Source of the DNA: a virus | Lineage: Duplodnaviria; Caudoviricetes | Length of the DNA: 52,020 nt | IMG/VR virus record: IMGVR_UViG_3300020044_008512 | Location: 1 to 52,020 of that record | Strand: one strand, 5' to 3' | Shown: piece by piece, positions 20,601 through 28,637 of the stretch | How positions within the stretch are numbered: the stretch's first letter is position 1 | How the letters are laid out: each line of letters begins with the position of its first letter | Notes under the pieces: generated by a model | What the model was told of the DNA's origin: nothing | Databases searched by the model: none | What the model saw: only the letters and a program-made list of their open reading frames with translations | Made by a program: the position numbers and the translations under genes

Positions 20601-21182
20601 AAAACATTTAAGGGCAGGGAAATTCATGGAGTTGGAAATCTGCTGGGTCAAACTGCGAAGACGCTTGTTCCAGTTCCAATTACTCTTAACGCTCCTGTTC
20701 AGGAAATGATTTACAAGCTATCAGGAGGAAAATATTCAGAACCAACAACTGCGCAGCAAGCGAAAAGGTCATTCTATGGCGTGCTTGGATTTAAAGTTGA
20801 GGCTGGAAGAAGGGCTGACCAAGAGATGGCTTTGAAGGCTAAAAAGTTTGTCGATGAAAACAAGCTGAAGTCCAGTTCGACAACCGTGAACATGTCAGAT
20901 GAGCCGAGCTATTCAGACATACGCAGACAGCTTGACCTTGGCAATCCGCAAGGTGCCAAGAATGCGCTGCTTGCAATTAGGGAAAGAGGGGTAAGCGACA
21001 AGCAGATTATTGCAGCTATGAAAAGGTGGGAAAGCGCCCCATTCGCTGGCAGCAGAGCAAATGAACTTTTGTGGATTCACTCAATGGATGCCAGCGAAAT
21101 GGAGCTTTACCAAAAGGCCATTGAATACAAGCGGGACTTGTATTACAAATGGATTGATTTCTACACTAACGAGCCGGAATAG
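11637..21182 (+). CDS. Giant (3181 aa) polyvalent internal virion protein with two ADP-ribosyltransferase-like (ART-PolyVal) domains
   Basis: AFHGT...FFFS...IIPVHVKLENP...GHDGVVF...YAVFD and FVHGT...IFLT...LIPAWVSMKNP...GYDSI...AVFNASQIRSA; PDIFDEL N-terminal motif. Confidence 0.75.
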   Translation: MPDIFDELQDEFKSKPLLQAEPRQADIFDQIQQDGTISQWKPSPYQRLEAAFPAAFQRAGTIADPEHPRGILPAAWQAANKPAGIMEKILPELKVTHDDSIFSAIGKETYNILTGIPKFASSPLGIATFGVGAASKAAGKTVAKVFQADMLKNLGESVYNVYENWGTMSPGERAAAIEDGLASGIFAKILHKHAWAGEPVKPIEIQKEKTETAPATPAEALAASAKPPAAESATATAPVAAAPKFPEVFSINSEEGVGHYVTDPEGNQIGDVYENIADAKFHADNLNEVAFNKAEQERIAAKTAAVPEIGTATEIEGVMSLGEGRYQSETAPPIGAFNVVKTTIGGKTVYKFRMPKGKAPKEIGAAAPAPEPAAAAAPAAATEPAAATEAAKPAEPAETKPAAKEPWQMTSSEYFQQEFPNIKKHPGSIDREHRISVEKALKEGKPVSPEVLADYPDLKPAATETVESKTIGVSDEAQQLLDQHADAAGEAGIVTDESLRNEVRKGESESSVDEPFSLGRHLTHIADFLKSTGGIATIDRIKKRVVINAQAFNDFIKSIPVERRAAAVRAVLAEERIHLHTADADALRYWNSLSRLEKWAIRKKYQVEPSQMNDTLWGHEAVRYRLQQLMRMSPTEIAQEFGGKGSTRRRLAIKSLDILEAIIRKTRSIVSKTATKEMNAVLDKIQESLKSGRIADAEIKTVAGKPYKTTLSNEAAELEKQAEDFRKAGLNDEADELMQMAQWSRSKAYGEEMPFARGRKPGDEDPNQGTFDALLNRAKFEEIHRVINETGDRLFKKNEAEMFRQAQLESGQPPIMEIPLARGRNWKATGEDAQEYKLPVGLSYDDLYEIALKNNVSPERLQSIYKELVSLNPELSGISKSQYGKDSQRKISPIRDVIAGVASKFKAENIKYFVEELNGSFRNADERARQYNNQKDFKGGVSHVVITPDEFLEQLKFPLAAGRARQLEPHDKKSVFDISQSTQGFRDWVRGHYFIASDVADYFSFETGKPIVAQAFHGTQGDIVKFDKAKLGSVTEAKSAKKAFFFSSSPVVASSYPEIGGGRRVGELDRKINETRFAWLENDSKPAGPGQVSESDRLHNLQLELEAQRNELLGTGDISKEQRRIDGEMKSLKLDADKIYKDIVNRDDGEATLKERQELNRIEILQKNLEAEWQDLKKKKEKLWMQARQEGSNIIPVHVKLENPLVYDFRGGSYQDHPFSSLIDEAIKNGHDGVVFKNVRDGATDDANIPATNYAVFDTSKQVRNAITSQPMAAGRRKKLTPPESEEFNNWFKGSKASYKGKPVMFVHGTNKSFENIKPSDETGLIFLTEDTSLGNIYTKKLSEGLGGRLIPAWVSMKNPASTELYDSIAEKLGVKGAVDYLKSKGYDSIGSGRGVVAVFNASQIRSAISNLPLAPGRGRPKKDRIDPWAKGLMFEPEQLAPRGGIDQYERKLEEGQLPKLPTADEISMNAAGWIAREMTSAEKEGKQYVPDYKKFSEYMSRNFKTKSGQMKELYQNLLVANLQNARGESLQNIIKAVFGKEHPFSKMRIPDKMSESGGLQLEQSDLFKDPVAEILRKARTPMESKGISESEQRQRMRSKAISMIVKRLIEPMMENDAEVLTRKEISPSELSPVGAAEGIASGYQELSAQDEFNPELPDVLVDRSRRSANDRASISKRLTVIMDRKTGKVHMVSTWRNPTSGKVFFANPALKTGEGMFLYDALKNYRLLRSVLLDEPLERFSQSYENLKDYNKKFGNEAFENYSKETSYDPDTIPIEDFSNSESPNPNQVMVDPYGRKIEIPSEEGIQGEGGSMVGPAKSLVESQIGMGKSAVEESIRSKITRREAMSVSEAFSEADTPEKIREVLSGLHQENFSKLRESFQKATVKLDRALEAFRRALGKGGVDFTSLKEGEYSNEQVERSIANLSEVEQERINKVQASIPKLQQAVANASRDFRKNTLLRSGVAKIAKRVQASGKNWPVEDLMNRLVNKIQTLNQMFDTHEEFADALSEREVRKVERPSEKGTWTPRPPGKKMSAYEQAKRGLDLPSGKLALKDAPGKPVVPTSPENLSPAPPKPIETINGEEFKAIIQGSITPEMRSGEATKLSREDEIEIEKYLAEEKTRKEWESFLEKRRGDLAALNPKTEKFRLEGQVVEKPKDVSVDKETMARFMKIRNEQRRKQGLLPMSPGRGAIKAVSDSFADSVAKFVAIGAAWTKRANADAVISAGADAYQTSARTFAAGSGNKIRIQALKDGAKFLGRSRKVENLKILGGAIAMHATRAIRKTFVYSNEATAAFDEAAKDSSDMKIGHMLLNATDMHSLKLAIKDAFDHFEFKDKQSVLSNLLSRINKGAGQVAIRNEKGQTVGWKDADRAINADLRKAGLEMIKEAERRIENNLVERGLLTHTGATYKIDDFAKSKLEEFALGVNRGIARANKMLKEGGMRDRLVARAWLKDLEKHKNDIEFAMAHWSDPQLREATIEAQKEFDAQYDRESAAGSRLSYNDAYLPGRYDGQFHNNDSIEFGPSRILGRQTTKARVFKNYYEAASSGPYIAASHNIADILEHRVRQGMTKIGLRGWEADLISMTDEATGKPAFIAAKKVGDGFVPDLPPGANGADYVAVNTSSTRTPIFALAGDYAKWLTRLTAPSRVDDWAIAKGALQAGQALKHVALVGDIFHLARVTYYGASIIGKKAFALSAHSEGWATLDIHAADLKTAFEKGFISEKAYKWSTEKLPVTFNGVKDTMTRHQIAREYQKVGFNVGMISDAIYKDLVRNVPVIGTYNKFLFDHYQRGLMMRSALDEFERRHKLNPNRDSRILMREISHDLNGYFGSIGKQGWVKSATFQDLLRIPFLSPQWVEGIIKKDIAIPYKLIGSLKDGIEGPKKLLRGDETSARGITRGLMGMLVLTQVINIINRGQPTWSNEEGHKMQADLGDNVWLDPMAVFNETISELVRYSETKEDSIEAIKQVGENKLGFVGRAGLVLGTRKTFKGREIHGVGNLLGQTAKTLVPVPITLNAPVQEMIYKLSGGKYSEPTTAQQAKRSFYGVLGFKVEAGRRADQEMALKAKKFVDENKLKSSSTTVNMSDEPSYSDIRRQLDLGNPQGAKNALLAIRERGVSDKQIIAAMKRWESAPFAGSRANELLWIHSMDASEMELYQKAIEYKRDLYYKWIDFYTNEPE

Positions 21183-21996
21183 ACCACATCTGGTCTTTGA
21201 CGATTGACGACAATAAAGTTTTGTCGCCACCGCTCTTGCGGAACTCTCTCATGTCTTTGCATGGGAGAGTAACTACACACGATTTAACACCGATTACCTT
21301 CTGAAGGTCGAGCGCGCCTTTGATGCCAGGTGCGTCGTTGTCAGAAATGATTACGACTTCTTTAATGGCTCTGTTGCTTTCAACAAACCATTTGATTTCA
21401 TTTACGCCAGACGAGCAGGAAGCCCTGCCAACCGCAAACAAACCGCACGACAAAGCAGCCGCGCAATCGGTTGGCCCTTCGCATACAACGAGCCTTTCGG
21501 CAGGCTCTTGCATTGAATAGAACAAGCCATTCCTGCTTCCTGTGACCGCCCACTTCTTGCCAGTAGTGGAGCACCTAAGCCTAATGCCAATCATGTTGTA
21601 GCCACCGTCATACATCGGAAAGCCCCAAGCATTGGACTGCTCAAACCAAGCGGCCCAAATGCCAGTGTCCTTTGACAGCGATTGCTCTGACACGCCAAGG
21701 TCTTCTGCAAGCTTGCCTAGCATTGCATGGGTTGTCCTTGATGATGCCAGCTCAAACAGCTGGTTGCAGTCAATCGTAATTGGCTTTGGTTTTGGGTTTG
21801 GATTGAACGGTCTTATCCATTTGATTGTCTCGGCTAGTTTGTGGATGTAGCCAGTCTCGCCAGACGACATGCTGAACGGCCTGTTGGAAGACACTCTCAT
21901 ACAAAGGGCTGATGCCCCATCGTCTCCGATGAGGCACCAGTCCGCTTTGTCGCAAATAGGGCACTTCTTACTGGAGCTAACCCTTAACCAAGACAT
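21166..21996 (-). CDS. Primase-like protein (Zn finger + TOPRIM)
   Basis: CPICDKADWC, VVCEGPTD, SDNDAPG, KDMRE; likely start MSWLRV at 21996. Confidence 0.8.
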   Translation of the reverse strand: MSWLRVSSSKKCPICDKADWCLIGDDGASALCMRVSSNRPFSMSSGETGYIHKLAETIKWIRPFNPNPKPKPITIDCNQLFELASSRTTHAMLGKLAEDLGVSEQSLSKDTGIWAAWFEQSNAWGFPMYDGGYNMIGIRLRCSTTGKKWAVTGSRNGLFYSMQEPAERLVVCEGPTDCAAALSCGLFAVGRASCSSGVNEIKWFVESNRAIKEVVIISDNDAPGIKGALDLQKVIGVKSCVVTLPCKDMREFRKSGGDKTLLSSIVKDQMWSIPAR

Positions 21997-22334
21997 AGAG
22001 CTCGCTTGATTGTGTCTGCCGTTTTTGCCGTAAGCAGCTCGCGCGGCTGGCACCGAATAATTCTCCAGCCAAGGCACGCAGCTTCGTTATACTTTTCCAT
22101 GTCTTTCACAAACCCAGCGCCACTTGTGTGCCTGCCTCCAACCCAGACGCCGCCTTCAATCTCAAGAGCAAGCGCTCCAATTTCAAAGATGTGGCCTCTG
22201 ATTTCTTTTGTGTGCGGTTTCCAAGCAAAGTCAAACCTCCACCTTCTTGACTCGTGGAACTTGTGTTCGGCCAGCGGAACTGGGATTCCATGCGATTGAA
22301 AAAACGCCAAGACTACTGTTAAGTTATGTTTCAT
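21984..22334 (-). CDS. PD-(D/E)xK endonuclease (Vsr/DUF559-like)
   Basis: EHKFHESRRWRFDFAW...ALEIEGG...GRH...DMEKYNEA..LGWRIIR. Confidence 0.8.
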   Translation of the reverse strand: MKHNLTVVLAFFQSHGIPVPLAEHKFHESRRWRFDFAWKPHTKEIRGHIFEIGALALEIEGGVWVGGRHTSGAGFVKDMEKYNEAACLGWRIIRCQPRELLTAKTADTIKRALCLG

Positions 22335-22672
22335 AATGTTCTTAATACTGCTCCTTCGTTTGCGTCCATGAAAGAAAACGGAACTGTCAATATGTCAGCC
22401 CGAGTCCTTGCCAATCTAGGTATTTGCATTTCTGTTATGCTGCTTATTTTCTTTTGTAGTTGTATGAGCTTTTTCTTTTCCCACTCTGCCTGCTCTTTCC
22501 AGTACATGTATTCGTGAGGCTTTTCTTGTTTGAGCATTGTTTGAACATGCGTGCTTATTTTCTTTTGCTGCTCCGCAATTTCAACCTCAATCTTCTTTAT
22601 CTCGCGCTTAAGTTTGATAATATCAACATCAATCTCAAACGCAGACGCGTATTTTTTCTGTGTCTTTTTCAT
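22331..22672 (-). CDS. Hypothetical coiled-coil protein
   Basis: ATGA-type overlaps with both neighbours. Confidence 0.6.
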   Translation of the reverse strand: MKKTQKKYASAFEIDVDIIKLKREIKKIEVEIAEQQKKISTHVQTMLKQEKPHEYMYWKEQAEWEKKKLIQLQKKISSITEMQIPRLARTRADILTVPFSFMDANEGAVLRTL

Positions 22673-24420
22673 TTGATTCCTTTCAATACATCATCGAAGT
22701 CTCGTCTTCTCCATCCGTTTTTTGCAAGAGCGTCAATCAGGGCTGACGCATCTTTCATTGTCATGTCCTTTGTTTTGTAGCCGTGCTTGTTAAGCAACGA
22801 GCATTGTTTCAATGTTGCAAGCTTGCCGCTCCAGCGCCTGAACATTTCATTTATCAGCTGCCTGCCTTGCGAATATGACATGTCTCTTGGGTCAATGCCT
22901 TGCTTCATTAGCATCTGCGACTGCTTTTCGCTAAGAGTTTTGCCATTGTCCCAACCCCTGCTTTTGGTTGGCTGCAATTCAAACACATCAAACGGGCTAA
23001 TCCTAGTCGACGTGTATCTTACTTTTGCAACCAGCTTTGCCTTTCTCGCTTCGTCAAGCCTTTGCTTCTTGAGCCTTTCTTCAATCAGCTTCTGCTCTTC
23101 TTCTTCAAGCAGCTGCTTCATGTTGACCTTGCCTTCTGTCTCTTTGGCTTTCTTTGATGCTGCCTCAATGGCTTCATCAGATACATTGCCTCCAAGAATG
23201 TCGGCTGTTGTTACCAGCTTGTGCCTGCCGCTGTTGCCAACGAAGTCCATGACAAGCATCTTGGGCTTCGGGCTTGATGCTATTGCGTCAAGCCTTTGCT
23301 CCTTTGATTCCTTGCCATCAACAATTCCTGGCAGCGGCCTAGTGCCCCTGCCAATCATCTGAGCATACAGCGACCTGCTCTTTGTTGGCCTAGCAACAGC
23401 TATTATTTCAACCGCAGGATTGTCATAGCCTTCGGTTGTGACGCCACAGTTAACAAGCGCAGACACAGAACCGCATCCAAACGCAGAGAATATTTTTGAC
23501 CTCTCGTCGTCCGATGTCTTGCCGCACAGCCAGCTAGATATTCCAGGCACCACCCTGTTCAATATATTCGACAACTGCTCAGCTTGGTTAACGCTTACTG
23601 TGAATATGATGGTTCGCTTTGGCTCTGCCTGAGCCATCAGGAACGCACCCCATTCGGTTGGCGGCTTGTCCAGAAGCGTGTTTTGAGGAAGCCCAAACAT
23701 CGCTTCAAGCGTTGGCATCGCCACGCCTGCTATTGCGCTCTCACTTTCCATTGCAGCAGATAAGTCTGCTCCGTTTAAGTCGCCAGCCGTTGTCCTCATG
23801 TGCGAGAAGTCGAGCCCACCAACATGAACCATCAGCTGCTCTGGCTCTATCAGCCAGCCGTTGTTAACGCCAAACAGAATGTCGCGCTCAGCCGCAACGC
23901 ATTCGAATATCTGACCGAGCGCTTCTTCATCAGCCCTGTCGGGCGTTGCTGTAACGCCAAGAACCTTAAGGCCTGGGTTCCCGTTGGTGAAGTATTCGAC
24001 TATCTTTTTGTTTTCGGCGCTTACTGAATGATGCGACTCATCATAAAGCAGCGTTCCGAAATCCATTGGGTTGAACCGAAGCATTCGCTTTGCGTCATCC
24101 TTGCCTGAGGCCATTGTCTGCACAGTTGCAACAACGACTGGCGCTTGGTTGAACAATGTCTTCGATGCGGACAGCTCGCCCATCTCGACTTCGACATCTA
24201 TCTCACGCCTGAGAAACGCATCGCGCGCCTGCCATATCAATTCCTTACGGTGGGCAAGCAGTAATGCCCTTTTTGGAAGCCGTCTTTCAACGACTTCCGC
24301 CATAACGAACGTTTTACCTAGTCCAGTAGCAGCAACATAAAGCGTGGAGCGGTGTTCGCCCCACGCTTCCATGATTGCCTTGACATCTTCAGCCTGATAG
24401 TCGCGGCACTTATGTTTCAT
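22669..24420 (-). CDS. Superfamily 2 DExH helicase
   Basis: ATGLGKT, DESHH, TATPDR, TEGYD, QMIGRGTR. Confidence 0.92.
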   Translation of the reverse strand: MKHKCRDYQAEDVKAIMEAWGEHRSTLYVAATGLGKTFVMAEVVERRLPKRALLLAHRKELIWQARDAFLRREIDVEVEMGELSASKTLFNQAPVVVATVQTMASGKDDAKRMLRFNPMDFGTLLYDESHHSVSAENKKIVEYFTNGNPGLKVLGVTATPDRADEEALGQIFECVAAERDILFGVNNGWLIEPEQLMVHVGGLDFSHMRTTAGDLNGADLSAAMESESAIAGVAMPTLEAMFGLPQNTLLDKPPTEWGAFLMAQAEPKRTIIFTVSVNQAEQLSNILNRVVPGISSWLCGKTSDDERSKIFSAFGCGSVSALVNCGVTTEGYDNPAVEIIAVARPTKSRSLYAQMIGRGTRPLPGIVDGKESKEQRLDAIASSPKPKMLVMDFVGNSGRHKLVTTADILGGNVSDEAIEAASKKAKETEGKVNMKQLLEEEEQKLIEERLKKQRLDEARKAKLVAKVRYTSTRISPFDVFELQPTKSRGWDNGKTLSEKQSQMLMKQGIDPRDMSYSQGRQLINEMFRRWSGKLATLKQCSLLNKHGYKTKDMTMKDASALIDALAKNGWRRRDFDDVLKGIK

Positions 24421-24653
24421 TAGTTGCTAGATATTATCCTGAGAGCTTTGTTCTCTCCTTCCCACATGCCTTGCATAAACATGACATAGTAAAGGATTTT
24501 CATTCTCCTCGAAGCTTCTTCTGGAGCCAGATTAGCGAACTTGTTCATGTCAGATACCGCCAAAGAGTATTGACTATGAAAAACTTCGTTTTCTGGTAAT
24601 TCTTCCAGCATTAATTCTTCGACGTTGCTCGACAGTATTTCATTTTTGCTCAA
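24420..24653 (-). CDS. Hypothetical protein
   Basis: 77 aa, translationally coupled to neighbours. Confidence 0.55.
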   Translation of the reverse strand: MSKNEILSSNVEELMLEELPENEVFHSQYSLAVSDMNKFANLAPEEASRRMKILYYVMFMQGMWEGENKALRIISSN

Positions 24654-25557
24654 TCTTGTTCCTTATTTTTTTGAGTTCTTCCGACACGCCAGTCTCGTAT
24701 TTAAACTGGCTTATTACACCACGTCCGCTGCACAGCCTGCACTTGTCAACTATTTGACCTTGGCAGGACGGGCACACCGCATACGGGACGGCAACCTTTA
24801 GCATCATTAAGACTCGCTCGAAATCCGTTTCGATTGAGTTGAAGTTTACCTCGCAGTAGAGCAAGTCTTTTTCCGACTTTGCCTTGCGGATTGTTTTGTA
24901 TGACTCCGATATTGAGTCAATTAAAGACATCACTTCTTCCGCTCTCTCTGCATACTTTGCTGAGTTAGCGGTGTGGGGATATCCTGTTTTATCTTTACCA
25001 TAACCCGATACGACTTTTCCTTTTTCCATGTTATCGCTATCGTCTTCATCGGTTTGTTTTCTTTTGAACTCCCTGCCGTCAGATGACTTGAGCTTGTCGA
25101 ACTTTGGAATCACTTTTTTCTTTTCAAGCTCCTGCCTCACCTTGATTACCAAGTCAACGCCAACGCCGCACGCATCAGACAGGGAGTTGTTTGAAACTTC
25201 TCCGAACTCTCTTAGCGCAAGCTCGACGCACGCCCTTTTGTCAGCGCTGCTTCTTCTGATTCCGTGGCTCACATTGCATTTCAATGCAAACTTAACGCAG
25301 TCAGTTCTGCTTCCAGACCTAACGTCAAACGTGTTTGATTTCATGCCAGCCAACTTCATGGCCGCAATCCTGTGCATTCCGTCTGCCACAAGATAACTGC
25401 CAGCCGACGTTTCAAACAAAATACAGTCAGGCATTTCAGCTTTGTCTAACTTGTATTGTTCTGCATACTCTTCCGCAGTCTCTTGCTTGTACTCGCTTCT
25501 TACATGCGGCGACTCTTTGATGTTGATGTGTTCCAGCTTGATTAGTTTTTCTGCCAT
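24640..25557 (-). CDS. ParB/Srx-like N-terminal domain protein with HTH and C-terminal Cys4 Zn finger
   Basis: YLVADGMHRIAA, NVSHG, SNNSLSDACGVG, CPSC...CRLCSGRG; likely start MAEKL at 25557. Confidence 0.75.
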   Translation of the reverse strand: MAEKLIKLEHINIKESPHVRSEYKQETAEEYAEQYKLDKAEMPDCILFETSAGSYLVADGMHRIAAMKLAGMKSNTFDVRSGSRTDCVKFALKCNVSHGIRRSSADKRACVELALREFGEVSNNSLSDACGVGVDLVIKVRQELEKKKVIPKFDKLKSSDGREFKRKQTDEDDSDNMEKGKVVSGYGKDKTGYPHTANSAKYAERAEEVMSLIDSISESYKTIRKAKSEKDLLYCEVNFNSIETDFERVLMMLKVAVPYAVCPSCQGQIVDKCRLCSGRGVISQFKYETGVSEELKKIRNKIEQK

Positions 25558-25653
25558 GATGATTTTATTTTTGAGTGTATAATACCCAAACGGCAAAAGC
25601 AGCCCCAATCATCAGTATGATGAAAGGGGCCCACATTGAGGGTGGAGTTTCCA

Positions 25654-26766
25654 TTAGGCCTTTGCTTGTTTGAGAGACTTTTTAACAGACGATACTTGAA
25701 CATCGTCTCCGATAATTGCGTCGATGCATTCTTGCAGCTTCTTGCCTTTGAGCTTTGTTGCAGACCTTACAATCTCAGACAAGTCCTTTTTGCTGATTGT
25801 TGAGTTGTTTAGAAACGGCTCCAATGCCACGCCATATTTTGATGCTTTATCAAAGATGGATTGCAAGTTGGTTATCTTTTCACGAGCCACTCCATCTACA
25901 AGCGAGTATCCAGGGACGAAGTCTGCATCCATTAATGCGCCTGCTTCCATTGCAGCCCAAGCGTTGTCTAGCCACTTCTGAGCAATGCTATATGTGTCGC
26001 AGAACTGCTTGCGCTGCTCTGGTGTCCACTCGCGAACAGGCACATCGACCAAGCTCTTTGGCGCAGGCACCAAAGACCCTGCCCAAGATTGATACTCGCC
26101 GCATTGCATCTTCGCCTTGCAGAACTTGCATTGAACTTCTCCAGCGGTCCGCTTGCCGCCAGCGTTGCTTGCTCTGACGCGTTCGTGAAGAATCCTGCCA
26201 GCTTTCTCAATGTCGTCTCTTGAATACACTGTGATTTCTGGAGTGTGCGTTACCAGCGGTTGAATGACAACGACTGCAATCTCAGCCAGCAGCGGAGTGT
26301 TTGCGTTGACGACAACAACTTGGTCTCGCAGCTGCAAGTTGTTTGGCGATGTTGGAACCTGACCAGGAAGAGCTTTGTATTCTACAATCAAAGCTTTCGT
26401 TCCTTTGCGATACGCGCAGTCAACCTGACCGCTGTGCCGCAATTTGTCAGGCCAATGAACCCAGAACCTGTTCTCGCGAATCTCCTGCATGTTCTCAACG
26501 CCAGCACCGAAGTAAGCCTCAATGACTTTCTTCTCTATCTTGACGCATGATTCGTAGATGTCTTCCTGCTCAACTGTAAGCCCATCGCTTGACTTTTTAT
26601 ACAGAGCTTCGTGAACCGCTGTGCCAAACGCAGCGTCGTCTGATTTTGTGTCAGGCAATCCTTTCTGCGCTAGGAACCTGCCAACGCATAACGCATCGGC
26701 TTGTGCGCTGCTTGCGCTTGTGTATTCGCCACGCTCGGATGCGTTTTCAATAATTTCTTCGCTCAT
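25654..26766 (-). CDS. Cas4-like/DUF2800 PD-(D/E)xK recombination exonuclease
   Basis: GTAVH, SGQVD, VEYK, QL, C..C.....C cluster; adjacent to recT. Confidence 0.75.
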   Translation of the reverse strand: MSEEIIENASERGEYTSASSAQADALCVGRFLAQKGLPDTKSDDAAFGTAVHEALYKKSSDGLTVEQEDIYESCVKIEKKVIEAYFGAGVENMQEIRENRFWVHWPDKLRHSGQVDCAYRKGTKALIVEYKALPGQVPTSPNNLQLRDQVVVVNANTPLLAEIAVVVIQPLVTHTPEITVYSRDDIEKAGRILHERVRASNAGGKRTAGEVQCKFCKAKMQCGEYQSWAGSLVPAPKSLVDVPVREWTPEQRKQFCDTYSIAQKWLDNAWAAMEAGALMDADFVPGYSLVDGVAREKITNLQSIFDKASKYGVALEPFLNNSTISKKDLSEIVRSATKLKGKKLQECIDAIIGDDVQVSSVKKSLKQAKA

Positions 26767-27788
26767 TTGACCCCCTTGATTTTAGCGAAGATTGTTTCGC
26801 GTTGGTGCTCAACCATGTCAATCACATCGGCAGGAACGTCTTTCATATGCTTGATGTTATCATCAATCGTCCCAATGCTAACAAGGAAATCAATCAACTG
26901 AGCTTCCTTGATTCCAGCCAGCTTGGCGTAACCCTCAACAGCCTTCAGCTTGTTGTAAGACTTCGGCTCCTCGACCTTTGGAGCAACTTCGTTTTCCGAA
27001 GTTGGTGCCTCGGCAACCTCAACAAACACAGGCCTGCTAGGCTGCTCGTCCTTTTCGTTGTCGATGAACGAGACTTGCTCGGCATCGGCGTCGATGACTG
27101 CGCCGCCGTCCATCTTCAATGCTTTGCGCATCTGGATTGACTTTGGGCCATAGTGGTTAATCAAAGACTTCTCGACTGTCTTGATTGCCATCTCGTCCCG
27201 CTTTGTAATCCAAAGACAGGTGCTGTGCTTCTCTGGCTTGTCTTTGCAATAGCGATACTGCTTTGAATACATCATCGCGTGCTTTTCAATCTCGTCCACA
27301 GTCCAGAACTCGCCACGCTCAAAGCCGTTTAGCAGCTTGAACTTGGCAGCGTAGCCGATGATTGGTGTGAGCGGTTCAACAGGCTTTGACTTGTCCACCA
27401 CAAGCTCGCCAGTAAGCTCGTCCCATAGCTTTAGCTGGCCTTCATAGACCACAGTCGAGCCGAGCGTCTTGTATTCGCCAGAGCGCATCGCAAGTTGGAT
27501 GAACCCCTTGTAGCCGATTTGGAACTGGCACTTGTCGCCGTACGGAATCAAGTGAGCCTCGCCGATGTTGCCGTCGATTGCTAAATCAAGCGCAGCAGCA
27601 GTCAACGCAGCGCCGATTACCGACGCTGGATTGCACTTCTGAAGCTGAGCTGACTGGTTGACAGCTTGGACAAGAGCCGCCGCAAACTGCGGAGCGCGCT
27701 CGCCCATTATTTCCCGCAAACGATTTTTAACAGCGTCTTGCTGCACCATGTCGCGGATTGATTTTGATTTGATTAGTTCATTACTCAT
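26763..27788 (-). CDS. recT: RecT-family single-strand annealing protein
   Basis: LQKCNPASV, GEAHLIPYG, QFQIGYKGFIQLAMRSGEY, EMAIKTV. Confidence 0.92.
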   Translation of the reverse strand: MSNELIKSKSIRDMVQQDAVKNRLREIMGERAPQFAAALVQAVNQSAQLQKCNPASVIGAALTAAALDLAIDGNIGEAHLIPYGDKCQFQIGYKGFIQLAMRSGEYKTLGSTVVYEGQLKLWDELTGELVVDKSKPVEPLTPIIGYAAKFKLLNGFERGEFWTVDEIEKHAMMYSKQYRYCKDKPEKHSTCLWITKRDEMAIKTVEKSLINHYGPKSIQMRKALKMDGGAVIDADAEQVSFIDNEKDEQPSRPVFVEVAEAPTSENEVAPKVEEPKSYNKLKAVEGYAKLAGIKEAQLIDFLVSIGTIDDNIKHMKDVPADVIDMVEHQRETIFAKIKGVK

Positions 27789-27840
27789 TGTTTTGTTTTT
27801 TTGTTTGTTTACTGCACCGGCACTCGCCGGAAATTGTTGT

Positions 27841-28038
27841 TCATAGCTTCCCTATTTTTTCAACTTCGCGCTCGTTAAACTTTAGCTGTTCATTCCTATA
27901 ATCCGATAATACTTTTTCTAGCCTTTCAATTTTCAGTTTGGCTTTTTGCAATTCCGCGCAGGTTGGAATCAGCCCGTTGTGGTGGATGTAATCAACCCCG
28001 CAGGACGGGCAGAAAGTGTGTAAGTCGGTGTAGTTCAT
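27841..28038 (-). CDS. Small Zn-binding coiled-coil hypothetical protein
   Basis: CPSC...H......C followed by a heptad helix. Confidence 0.55.
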   Translation of the reverse strand: MNYTDLHTFCPSCGVDYIHHNGLIPTCAELQKAKLKIERLEKVLSDYRNEQLKFNEREVEKIGKL

Positions 28039-28039
28039 A

Positions 28040-28384
28040 TTATTTTAATAAATCTTTATTTTCAAATATGTTTCCAATAATTTCACATTCTGAAAACCAT
28101 TCTTGGGACGCATAAGATATGCCTGCCATAAACTTGCCATTGTCATAGAAACATTTTAACGGGATTTTAACATCGTCCAGCAAAATATCTCCCTCGTAAA
28201 TCTCTTTGCCATTTTTGTCTTTGAGTCCTGTGTATTGTTGAACAACACATTCATCCTCATCACATTTAAAATATCTATCAAAGGCAGTAAATTCATTAAA
28301 ATTTTTGTTATTAAAATAGCACCTATAACTCAAAAACTCTTTCTGAAATATGTCCCACACTCTAAATTTAATTTCTCTGTTCAT
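28040..28384 (-). CDS. YopX-family protein
   Basis: REIKFRVWD, QQYTGLKDKNGKEIYEGDI, EIIGNIFEN. Confidence 0.92.
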   Translation of the reverse strand: MNREIKFRVWDIFQKEFLSYRCYFNNKNFNEFTAFDRYFKCDEDECVVQQYTGLKDKNGKEIYEGDILLDDVKIPLKCFYDNGKFMAGISYASQEWFSECEIIGNIFENKDLLK

Positions 28385-28555
28385 TGTTTTTTCCTTTTGA
28401 AACCGCTGGTTGTTGTTACGTGAGTTTATTAATTAAAGTGCTGTGGATTCCAGATTATTGGCAATGCTACCACTGTTTTGCCGCGCCAGTATTCATCAAT
28501 GGATTATTTTTTCCGTCGCGCCACAGCTCGCGACGTAGTTATGCGGCTAAATCGT

Positions 28556-28597
28556 AAAAATAAAGCCGCAGCGCGACTGGCGTAATCGCGCTGCGGC
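28556..28597 (-). terminator. Intrinsic terminator closing the Ubl/E2/E1/JAB operon
   Basis: 12-bp stem GCCGCAGCGCGA/TCGCGCTGCGGC followed by TTTATTTTT on the - strand. Confidence 0.75.
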
Positions 28598-28637
28598 CAG
28601 GTGGTTTCAATTTAGCAAACCTTTTCCGATTGTCAAC

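Noticed and set aside
25654-26766. Cas4-like gene as part of a CRISPR system
   Set aside because: No array or other cas genes; pairing with recT indicates recombination
28513-28536. Hairpin CGTCGCG/CGCGACG downstream of the JAB terminator
   Set aside because: Short, with no U-tract in the transcribed direction; not enough support to call
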